Origin: a virus
DNA length: 14,469 nt
Virus genome (UHGV): UHGV-0142781
Strand: one strand, 5' to 3'
Shown: positions 6,320-13,848 of the stretch, piece by piece
Layout: each line of letters starts with the position of its first letter
Numbering within the stretch: position 1 is the first letter of the stretch
Notes under the pieces: model-generated
The model's input: the letters and a program-made list of their open reading frames with translations, nothing else
Told to the model about the DNA's origin: nothing
Database searches by the model: none
Made by a program: the position numbers and the translations under genes

Positions 6320-8932
6320 TTATTTTGGGTGACTACCATCCACACCCGCCAGCATTTTTTGATACTCCCCGACCGGATCAAACCGCAGGCGCGTGGCATC
6401 AATACCGTGGTTATCACGCAGACGGTCCCATAATTTATTCACCGTCCGTGACTCATCGAGTAATTGACGCGTTATCAACTCGCCGCCAGCACTGCCCCGA
6501 TAAACTTTGCCGCCAATCTCCAGACGGCTCCCCATTAACAGCGAAACAGCCTGAATCTCTGAAATCTCAACCGAACACAACGCCGCATCAGCCAGCAGAC
6601 TGGCAACCTCAGGGGCAAGCGCTGCCCGCCTGGCTTTTTCAGCCGCCGATCTGGCCTCGGTTTTTTTAACGGCAGAACGCCAGGCAACATCTAATTCGCT
6701 CCCTGGCTCATAAGGTGATCCGCTTTGCCGCCTTTTGAATGGTGCTTCACGTAGTCGCCGCATCAATTTTCGCCGCGTTGGCTGGTCCATATTTTCAAAA
6801 TCGACGATTTCCTCTTCTGATTCTTCTGTCATACCCTCCACATCACGCGAAAAATCGGTGATTTTTTCGTCTTCCGTAGAGTTATTGACAGAACTCCAAG
6901 CGTCGCCGGTTGGCGACGGCAAAAGGTCAACCCCCAAACCGGGGCCGTTTTTGGCCTCGGTGGTAGCTTTAGATTTGGCGCAGATTTTCCACTTAACCAG
7001 ACGGGTACAAATACGGGAGGCATCACCCAGACGCGGCGACCAGACCCCGAAAACCTTTTCGGGGATCTCACAATAAGCATTCATTTCATCAGCTGGCTGA
7101 TAGGCCAGACGGACGACATAGTTTTCTCGCGGGATCAAAACCCCACCCTGGCGGATGATGTAGGTAGCAAAGCACCCGACATCGGCAGCGGCGCAAACCG
7201 CATCCATTGCAGGATCCACAAGCAACGGCGCACCGCGTTTGAAGGTATTGTCAATTTTCTGGCGGGTCGTGATTTGATTGCTCAGTTTGCGCAGCTCGCG
7301 GTAAACCGATATGGGCGGCTGTCCGATAGGCTGAAACTGGCGGATACGGTGAAGCGATGCCCAGGCCATTGCATATTTGGCGGTTTCATTCAGCGGCTTG
7401 CCGCTTTCGTCGTCCAGTTCACCGGCCAGCGCGTGGCCGTCGATATTCTTCGAAATGTATTTAGCGATATATGCCGTTGCCGACCCTTTCCGTGGGTCCA
7501 TTTTTTTTGACTTGAAACGAGCACCGGTATTGCGGCCCAGCTCATCGCGGTCTTCCGCAATGAAGTAGGCGCGAAGGATCGCAACCGTGGCTTTGACTTG
7601 CTCTTGTGGCATAAACAGCAACGCGTGCCAGTGTGGTGTCCCATCGTGATGCGGCTCGGCGACACGGAAGCCATAAGGGCGCAAATCTTCGCGTTTCAGT
7701 TTGGCGGTTGCACGGTTCCATACACGGCATAAATAGCGCTGCGCCTGGGCGACGGTGGAATGATTCCATTTGGCATTATGGTGGCCGGACGCAATATTAC
7801 TGTGATATTTCGACGGGCAAGTGATGGTCAGGAAAATACCAACATCGCCGCGACTTTGGGCGACAAGTTCAACGCCAGCCATTCTGGTCATAAGCTCATG
7901 GCGACGAATAGCCGGGTTAGACGTGGATTTATTAATCATTTCCTCAAGCGACGAAACGTTGCCGTCTTCGTCTACCAGTTCATGACTTTTGAAAAAATCC
8001 CGGTTTTTACGGCGCTGTTCCTGCCACTCGATCAGGCTGGAAGCGCTAACGTAGGCGTGCGCTTTTTTATTTACCGCGCCAACAGCACGCAGCTGGTTCT
8101 CGCGCCAGTCACAACGCAAGCGCCAGATTTTTCGCCCCCACCAGTCAGGCGAAGCCATACGCAAAATGGCCGTGCATATGCGCTCGCGTTCCCACGGCGC
8201 ATACCATGCAGGCGGCACAATACGAAGCGCCAGCATTTCTCGGCCCAGGTGGCAATAAAGCCAGTCCAGTTCTTCGACGTTCATGTCGGAAACATTCCGC
8301 CCTAGGGCTTCGCATTCCGTCCCCAGCATTTCAGCCATGCGGCTGGCGATCTCATTAGCGGCGCTTAGTGCATCCCGCTTTGTGAAATCAGCCAGACGTT
8401 GCCAGCGCCCGAACCAGTACGCGGCCAGTTCGCCGGTGATATCAGGCGAAACACCTTGCCTTGTGCGTACAACATCAAGACGCAGCAATGATTTTTTCAC
8501 GGTTCCCATAAGAAAATCATTGGTGTGTCTGGTTTCACGGTTGACCCGTAACCACTCAATTTTTTTTCGCCAGACTTCACGAATGAAGAACGGCTCTGCT
8601 AATAAACGCGCTTCGACACCTTCCGGCGTATTGGTCCAGGCTGCCGTCGTAGATTTGGCGGCTTCCATTTCCTGCCGGATTAAATTTTGATGGGCGGCCA
8701 GTGGCAGGCCGCACGGTTCGTACCTGTCCAGCGCCTGGATAAGCGCGTTACGGTCCCGCACCTCGTCGGGGTTGTAACCGGCGTGTCTGAAGATGTGATC
8801 GATGTGTTTTTTTACGGCAGGATGATGCGCCACCGCCCCGGCAAGCGGGGCGATTTTTTTCGGTTCGTAGGTGTACAGGCCAACAGCTGGGCGCGGCGCG
8901 TTCCAGGGCCATGCAAAAGCTGTGTCAGACAT
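6320..8932 (-). CDS. A: Replication initiation protein (P2 gpA family rolling-circle endonuclease)
   Basis: About 870 aa at the expected position upstream of the cargo slot; identified by size, synteny and general resemblance to gpA. ORF track starts at a GTG at 8950; the ATG at 8930-8932 (MSDTAF...) is the more likely start. Confidence 0.85.
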   Translation of the reverse strand: MSDTAFAWPWNAPRPAVGLYTYEPKKIAPLAGAVAHHPAVKKHIDHIFRHAGYNPDEVRDRNALIQALDRYEPCGLPLAAHQNLIRQEMEAAKSTTAAWTNTPEGVEARLLAEPFFIREVWRKKIEWLRVNRETRHTNDFLMGTVKKSLLRLDVVRTRQGVSPDITGELAAYWFGRWQRLADFTKRDALSAANEIASRMAEMLGTECEALGRNVSDMNVEELDWLYCHLGREMLALRIVPPAWYAPWERERICTAILRMASPDWWGRKIWRLRCDWRENQLRAVGAVNKKAHAYVSASSLIEWQEQRRKNRDFFKSHELVDEDGNVSSLEEMINKSTSNPAIRRHELMTRMAGVELVAQSRGDVGIFLTITCPSKYHSNIASGHHNAKWNHSTVAQAQRYLCRVWNRATAKLKREDLRPYGFRVAEPHHDGTPHWHALLFMPQEQVKATVAILRAYFIAEDRDELGRNTGARFKSKKMDPRKGSATAYIAKYISKNIDGHALAGELDDESGKPLNETAKYAMAWASLHRIRQFQPIGQPPISVYRELRKLSNQITTRQKIDNTFKRGAPLLVDPAMDAVCAAADVGCFATYIIRQGGVLIPRENYVVRLAYQPADEMNAYCEIPEKVFGVWSPRLGDASRICTRLVKWKICAKSKATTEAKNGPGLGVDLLPSPTGDAWSSVNNSTEDEKITDFSRDVEGMTEESEEEIVDFENMDQPTRRKLMRRLREAPFKRRQSGSPYEPGSELDVAWRSAVKKTEARSAAEKARRAALAPEVASLLADAALCSVEISEIQAVSLLMGSRLEIGGKVYRGSAGGELITRQLLDESRTVNKLWDRLRDNHGIDATRLRFDPVGEYQKMLAGVDGSHPK

Positions 8933-9146
8933 TGGATGCCCCGCTATCACCCTCCCGCTGGGAATGTTTTTCGATTAGCGGGTCGAGTAACACATTGAAA
9001 GAAATCAACAGCGTATTTGCGGCTTCACTTCCGGCGAGAACACCCGCGAACGTTGCGTGTGCAAGGGCCAGTGTTTTGGCTTCGTTAAGCGCAGCCAGTG
9101 CGCCGCGCTGGTATTCCGAAAGACCGTTATTAATTTTGTTAGCCAT
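8925..9146 (-). CDS. Small hypothetical phage early protein
   Basis: 73 aa; its ATG overlaps the dam stop (TGATG at ~9144-9148), suggesting translational coupling; position matches the small ORFs before A in P2. Confidence 0.6.
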   Translation of the reverse strand: MANKINNGLSEYQRGALAALNEAKTLALAHATFAGVLAGSEAANTLLISFNVLLDPLIEKHSQREGDSGASNV

Positions 9147-10111
9147 CAGAAGACCACCTCGTCAGCCGTCCCACCCCACACGGAATAACCAGCACAAGGG
9201 CCACAGTCAGGACAGCACCCACCACCTGCACGACGACAAGTTGCACAGACTTTGAGGACGCCGATCACTTCACTGGCGGCCCCTCTGGTAATGGCGTTCG
9301 CGCTGACAGAACGGTTAACGCTGATTTCCTGGAAGTTGAAAGCGCGATAAATCTCGCGGGTAGATGGGGTGTCGCTATTGGACAGGATCACCGGCGAACC
9401 AGTAAGGCGGTTAATATCCAGCAGGGCGGCAGCTAACTGGCGATGCTCTTTAATCCCAAACGGGGCGGTGTGGTATTGGGTGAAATTAGCGGTTTCGCTT
9501 GTTGGCAGGTATGGCGGATCGCAGTAGATAACCGCGTCACTACCAATCATAATTTTTAACGTGCTCTGGAAATCGCAGCACACGAAAATGGCTTTCGTGT
9601 CGTTAGCTTTTTCAGTGAATAAACGGATCTGTTCTTCCGGGAAGTAAGGCGGGGTTTTGTGTCGCCCAAAGGGAACGTTATATCCACCCTGTTGGTTGTA
9701 GCGTACTACGCCGTTATATCCGTGACGGTTCAGGTAAAGAAATTGTGCTGCACGAAGAATCTTGCCCGTGTCCGGTCCGTCCTCAAACACATTGCGCGAT
9801 GACAGAAGGTCATAGGCGCGGGCGTTGAAATCATCGCGGATCCACTTATAGCCGTCTTTATCGCCGTACACTTTAAACAGCGGGCGAGCAGCGTCGATCA
9901 CCGCATCAGGCCAGCGGGTTATCTGGCGATACAGGTTAATTAAATCTGGGTTGATATCACCCAGGATATAACGGCGATATTCAGTATTGAGGAAAACAGA
10001 AGCACCGCCGACAAACGGTTCCACCAGGCAATCGGCTTTCGGCAGAATCGTTAGCAAATCAGGCATAACCCGGCCTTTGCCACCGGGCCATTTAACGAGA
10101 GATCGAATCAT
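9146..10111 (-). CDS. dam: DNA adenine methyltransferase (Dam family) with Cys-rich C-terminal extension
   Basis: N-terminal KWPGGK, EPFVGG and catalytic DPPY (res 198-201) motifs; GGAGAAAG RBS. C-terminal about 35 residues carry six Cys (CATC...CC..C..C). Confidence 0.9.
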   Translation of the reverse strand: MIRSLVKWPGGKGRVMPDLLTILPKADCLVEPFVGGASVFLNTEYRRYILGDINPDLINLYRQITRWPDAVIDAARPLFKVYGDKDGYKWIRDDFNARAYDLLSSRNVFEDGPDTGKILRAAQFLYLNRHGYNGVVRYNQQGGYNVPFGRHKTPPYFPEEQIRLFTEKANDTKAIFVCCDFQSTLKIMIGSDAVIYCDPPYLPTSETANFTQYHTAPFGIKEHRQLAAALLDINRLTGSPVILSNSDTPSTREIYRAFNFQEISVNRSVSANAITRGAASEVIGVLKVCATCRRAGGGCCPDCGPCAGYSVWGGTADEVVF

Positions 10112-10181
10112 TTTTACTTTCTCCAGGGTGCAAGAAGCCCGACGCGTTAGCGCCTGTTTCTTTTTTGTGGGTAGTTAGTTG

Positions 10182-10571
10182 TTAATTGACTGCGTTATCT
10201 GGCGCGGGTGGTTTGTCGCGTATCGCCTGAATTTCGGCGCGTGGTGCTGCATAGTCCTTAAATTCCCACGGCATTGATGCTGCAAATTCGGAAAGGCGCT
10301 TAATGCCCATCAAAAGGCACGTTTGCTCCTTTTCGGTTAGATTTCCGTAAGTACAACCCAGCTGTTTAGCGGTCAGCTTCGGCATTCCGGCTATGTATCT
10401 GGACGCATCGTTTGCCAGGATGAAAATCACCTTTTTACAGGCATCATCTAGGCGGTTAAAACGGGTTGCAGTGTCGTTCACGCGTGAGGCGTTCAAACTG
10501 GCTTGTAGCCGCGCCCGTTGCTCTAAGAACTGGCGGCGGCCTGGTTGTTGTTCTGTCTTATCCATCAACAT
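10182..10571 (-). CDS. Hypothetical phage early protein
   Basis: ORF track starts at a GTG at 10577; the ATG at 10569-10571 has a GGGGAGG RBS 5 nt upstream. About 129 aa, phage-typical GC, same strand as the early operon. Confidence 0.6.
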   Translation of the reverse strand: MLMDKTEQQPGRRQFLEQRARLQASLNASRVNDTATRFNRLDDACKKVIFILANDASRYIAGMPKLTAKQLGCTYGNLTEKEQTCLLMGIKRLSEFAASMPWEFKDYAAPRAEIQAIRDKPPAPDNAVN

Positions 10572-10586
10572 AACCACCTCCCCGAA

Positions 10587-10808
10587 CTACGCAAAGATGC
10601 CCATTAAGCGGGAAAACCAGCGGCGCTTATTACGCGGGCGCGACATGAACGGTACACGGCAGTTTTTAACAAATTGAACATCTGCCGCTTTCGGCTGGAA
10701 GAACCGCCCGTCCGGGGTTTCAATCCAGCCGCGTTGATGCTGACGGTGGGTGATCTGCTGGCCGTGCGTGAGCAGACTAGCGAGTGAAGGGCATTGTGTT
10801 AATTCCAT
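10587..10808 (-). CDS. Small hypothetical phage early protein
   Basis: ORF track gives 10587..10880; the internal ATG at 10806-10808 (MELTQCP...) is preceded by GGAG. GC-rich, same strand as neighbours. Start uncertain. Confidence 0.45.
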   Translation of the reverse strand: MELTQCPSLASLLTHGQQITHRQHQRGWIETPDGRFFQPKAADVQFVKNCRVPFMSRPRNKRRWFSRLMGIFA

Positions 10809-10946
10809 GTTGATCTCCGTCATATTGAAAAGATGCCGGGATACGACCCCACGCCCGGCGCGTGTTTCCTGTGATAACATCGCTATGCCTGTGTAACTTT
10901 GAGCAGTGAATCAGGCATAACAATCACCAACACAGAAGGAGTTGTA

Positions 10947-11426
10947 ATGAAATTCAATGTGTTTTTTAAAAAAGACCACGGATCACACTGGGTGCTTTCC
11001 GATGATTCCCCCCTCTTTGAAAGTCCACTATTTGAAACAAGACCTAAAGCCATTGATGACCTTGAGAACTTTGTAGGCCTTATGGAATCGCCAATCTTTA
11101 TTAAGGCTGGTGACGATATTAATTCTGGCGATACAGAAAACTGTCCATCTGTAGTAATTTCTTTAAAACAGCATGAATCGCTATGGGGCTGGGAATTATT
11201 TATCTCAAAAAATGGACAACTTTCTAAAGTTACCGAAAGTTCAGGTAATGGCTTTGACTCATTAGAATTAGCAAAGCAAAGTGCCCAGTTTTTCCTTAAT
11301 GCCATTATCGACGCTCCTATTCTGGATCAAGCCGATGTCGCTATCCCCGGCATGCACTTCTCAAAATCTTTCGAGGAAACGCACCACATTGGTGACACTC
11401 ACCCATCTAGTAAATGGTTCAAATAA
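10947..11426 (+). CDS. AT-rich hypothetical protein (moron), antisense to the early operon
   Basis: ATG at 10947 with AGGAG RBS at 10936-10940 (ORF track extends to 10899). 159 aa, visibly AT-richer than neighbours; no recognisable motifs. Confidence 0.7.
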   Translation: MKFNVFFKKDHGSHWVLSDDSPLFESPLFETRPKAIDDLENFVGLMESPIFIKAGDDINSGDTENCPSVVISLKQHESLWGWELFISKNGQLSKVTESSGNGFDSLELAKQSAQFFLNAIIDAPILDQADVAIPGMHFSKSFEETHHIGDTHPSSKWFK

Positions 11427-11430
11427 TCCA

Positions 11431-11778
11431 TCACTGTGGTGTTATCGTTTTTCTTGTGCGAGGTGGTACATCTCGCACGGTTTCTTCATCAACAATTAAC
11501 TCATAAACTCTGATGCTGCTATCACCTTTTGATACGTCATCAAATACCTGAAAAAGAAAACTCATGAATTGCTCATAAGTGACGCTGGGTTCAACATACC
11601 CACCAGTAACCTCAATTAATGGTGTTAGTCCTGAATTATCTGCTAACGAAACGCAGTCCAACTTATCCAAACGGAAAAAGTAATTACCGCAAGGTGTTCT
11701 TTTATCCTTAATCCGTATAAATACATTTGATAACGCTGTATGACTATCTGAGAGTTTAAAGATTTTTGCCGTGTCCAT
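11431..11778 (-). CDS. AT-rich hypothetical protein (moron) immediately downstream of cox
   Basis: 115 aa starting 22 nt after the cox stop on the same strand; its stop lies 4 bp from the stop of the convergent 10947-11426 gene. AT-rich relative to cox. Confidence 0.6.
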   Translation of the reverse strand: MDTAKIFKLSDSHTALSNVFIRIKDKRTPCGNYFFRLDKLDCVSLADNSGLTPLIEVTGGYVEPSVTYEQFMSFLFQVFDDVSKGDSSIRVYELIVDEETVRDVPPRTRKTITPQ

Positions 11779-11800
11779 TTTATTCAGCCCTGTAAGTTGC

Positions 11801-12076
11801 TTATGATGGATTGCCCAGACCCAACCACATTAACCACCCTTCCCTAATTTCCTTCGGGCGGCTCTCATACGCCATTTTCATTCCGTTGTTCCATGCTGGG
11901 AGGTAGACCCAGTACTCACCTGCCCGCCCGGAAGTTGATTGCGGATCGGTCATCTCAACTACGGGTAGCTTTCCTTTTTCAATCATCCCCTTCACCGCTG
12001 CCGGTGTTTTACCAATGAGTTTTGCGAACTCCTGATATGGGACGGCATCTGTGCTTAACGCGATCTGTTTAACCAT
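11801..12076 (-). CDS. cox: Cox (excisionase / lytic-switch regulator)
   Basis: 91 aa; translation tracks my recollection of P2 Cox over most of its length (AIPYQEFAKLIGK, DPQSTSGRAGEYWVYLPAWNNG, ESRPKEIREGWLMWLGLG). GAGGG RBS. Confidence 0.9.
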   Translation of the reverse strand: MVKQIALSTDAVPYQEFAKLIGKTPAAVKGMIEKGKLPVVEMTDPQSTSGRAGEYWVYLPAWNNGMKMAYESRPKEIREGWLMWLGLGNPS

Positions 12077-12192
12077 TTAAGGCCCTCACAAGTTTAAGAA
12101 TCGTCACCAATGGCTTATAGTTGCCTTTGATGTTCATTTCTAAACATCAAACAGTCTACATCTAAATCAAATGGTATTGAGATCTAAACACT
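12077..12192. promoter_or_regulatory. Immunity switch region between cox and C (early and repressor promoters with operator repeats)
   Basis: Three direct repeats TCTAAACA (12139-12146), TCTAAATC (12161-12168), TCTAAACA (12183-12190), exactly 22 bp apart. A TATAAG -10-like element on the minus strand (~12113-12118) faces cox. Confidence 0.6.
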
Positions 12193-12492
12193 ATGTCAAA
12201 CGCCTTAAACGAGAAAATTGTACTCATCAGAAAGTCTGAGTATCTCAGCAGACAGCAACTAGCTGATTTAACAGGCATTCCCTATGGCACTTTAAGTTAT
12301 TACGAAAGTGGTCGTTCTACACCGCCCACGGACGTAATGATGAGGATTTTGCAAATGCCCCAATTCAGCAAATACACGTTGTGGTTTATGACCGATCAGG
12401 TTGCTCCCGAAGCCGGTCAGATAGCACCGGCCCTCGCACACTTTGGGCAAGATGTAACAACATCGCAGCACTCAGACCAAAAGATTGGTTAA
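12193..12492 (+). CDS. C: Immunity repressor C
   Basis: 99 aa; near-collinear with my recollection of P2 C (EKIVLIRKSEYLSRQQLADLTGIPYGTLSYYESGRSTPPTDVMM...), same length. Confidence 0.9.
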   Translation: MSNALNEKIVLIRKSEYLSRQQLADLTGIPYGTLSYYESGRSTPPTDVMMRILQMPQFSKYTLWFMTDQVAPEAGQIAPALAHFGQDVTTSQHSDQKIG

Positions 12493-12637
12493 CCATTCAC
12501 CAGGCGCATCTTTATTACAAAATTTGTTTACTTGTTGCCAAATACAACAAACACAACAAGTTTGTGAAATCTAAGCGCAAGGGAAAATTAACAGCAGCAA
12601 AGAAAACTCAACCTAGCACCATTCATTTGGGGGTCTT

Positions 12638-13645
12638 ATGACAATTAAGAAACTCGATGATGGTCGTTATGAAGTGGATATCAGACCTGCAGGGCGCAAC
12701 GGAAAGCGCATCCGCAGGAAATTTGACAAGAAAAGTGAGGCTGTAGCTTTTGAGAAACACACTCAATACAACCATCACGATAAAGAATGGCTGGCTAAAC
12801 CGACAGATAAGCGGCATCTGTCTGAATTAACAAAAGTCTGGTGGGATCTGAAAGGCAAGCATGAAGAACACGGAAAATCCAATTTGGGTAAGATTGAAAT
12901 CTTTACCCGGATCACTGATGACCCTTGCGCGTTCCAGATAACCAAAGCGCTTATTAGCCAGTACAGCATGACTCGCAGAGGGCAAGGCATAAAACCGGCC
13001 AGTATTAACCGCGACCTTACCTGCTTGAGTGGTATGTTTACTGCGCTAATTGATGCGGAGTTGTTTTTTGGCGAACACCCTTTCAGAGGGATGAAAAAGC
13101 TCAAGGAGCAGAAACCAGAAACAGGCTATCTGACGCAGGAAGAAATAACATTGTTGCTTGCCAATCTTGACGGGGACAACAAGAAAATCGCGATTCTCTG
13201 TTTAAGTACCGGCGCTCGATGGGGTGAGGCCGCGAAACTGAAAGCTGAGAACGTAATACAGAATCGGGTGACGTTCGTTAAAACAAAGACGAACAAACCA
13301 CGTACTGTCCCTATCTCTGAGGAAGTAGCTGTAATGATTGCGGGTAAAGGGTATCTGTTCCCAGATGCCTCATACCCGAAGTTCAGGCGAACAATGAAAG
13401 ATGTAAAACCAGATCTACCGGACGGGCAAGCAACTCACGCATTGCGTCACAGTTTTGCTACCCACTTTATGATTAACGGCGGGAGTATCATCACCTTGCA
13501 GAGAATACTGGGACATTCACGGATAGAGCAGACAATGGTCTATGCGCACTTTGCCCCGGAGTATCTTCAGGATGCTGTTTCACTCAATCCGCTACGTGGT
13601 GGTGTTGACTCCCAGAGTGTCCACACTGTGTCCACAGTAGGGTAG
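12638..13645 (+). CDS. int: Tyrosine integrase (P2 Int family)
   Basis: 335 aa; N-terminus MTIKKLDDGRYEVDIRPAGRNGKRIRRKFDKKSEAVAFEK and C-terminal HALRHSFATHFM...LGHSRIEQTMVYAHFAPEY match P2 Int as I recall it. GGGGG RBS. Confidence 0.95.
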   Translation: MTIKKLDDGRYEVDIRPAGRNGKRIRRKFDKKSEAVAFEKHTQYNHHDKEWLAKPTDKRHLSELTKVWWDLKGKHEEHGKSNLGKIEIFTRITDDPCAFQITKALISQYSMTRRGQGIKPASINRDLTCLSGMFTALIDAELFFGEHPFRGMKKLKEQKPETGYLTQEEITLLLANLDGDNKKIAILCLSTGARWGEAAKLKAENVIQNRVTFVKTKTNKPRTVPISEEVAVMIAGKGYLFPDASYPKFRRTMKDVKPDLPDGQATHALRHSFATHFMINGGSIITLQRILGHSRIEQTMVYAHFAPEYLQDAVSLNPLRGGVDSQSVHTVSTVG

Positions 13646-13726
13646 TTTATTATGGCTTTCAGTGGTCTTGCGTGCCGCGCAAACCCGCATTGCACCGCTG
13701 AAAGCCCATGTTACCTACCCTGAAAA

Positions 13727-13753
13727 ACGCCCTTACGCAGGCTTATTTTTTGC
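13727..13753. other. Candidate attL core (P2 att-core-like sequence) marking the prophage-host junction
   Basis: CGCCCTTACGCAGGCTTATTTTTTG is close to the reverse complement of the P2 core as I recall it (AAAAAATAAGCCCGTGTAAGGGAGATT); lies about 80 bp after the int stop, just before the clpA terminator. Confidence 0.45.
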
Positions 13754-13804
13754 CTGCCGTTTAAACTCCCTGAATATCCCAATTCAAATCACTTTTATCA
13801 GGCG

Positions 13805-13829
13805 AAAAAAAACCGGGCATTACGCCCGG
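13805..13829 (-). terminator. Rho-independent terminator of clpA
   Basis: Minus strand reads GCCGGGC-GTAAT-GCCCGG followed by eight U (stem 13813-13818 / 13824-13829, U-run 13805-13812), about 20 bp after the clpA stop. Confidence 0.75.
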
Positions 13830-13848
13830 CTGATTAGGTGATTAAAGA

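Larger units (their letters stand above)
1..13753. mobile_element. P2-like temperate prophage, int-proximal part (continues beyond window start); possibly internally deleted
   Basis: Flipped P2 synteny (int, C, cox, early genes, A, cargo slot, Q) read from the translations; P2-core-like att sequence at ~13727-13753, then host clpA. Boundary is approximate. Confidence 0.85.

Noticed and set aside
7274-8690. Several plus-strand ORFs of 63-181 aa inside the gene A region
   Set aside because: All are antisense to the long replication gene A, with no RBS or promoter context; typical shadow ORFs.
12381-12641. 86-aa plus-strand ORF bridging the end of C and the start of int
   Set aside because: Out of frame with both C and int and overlaps the C coding region; the C-int spacer is better explained as regulatory.
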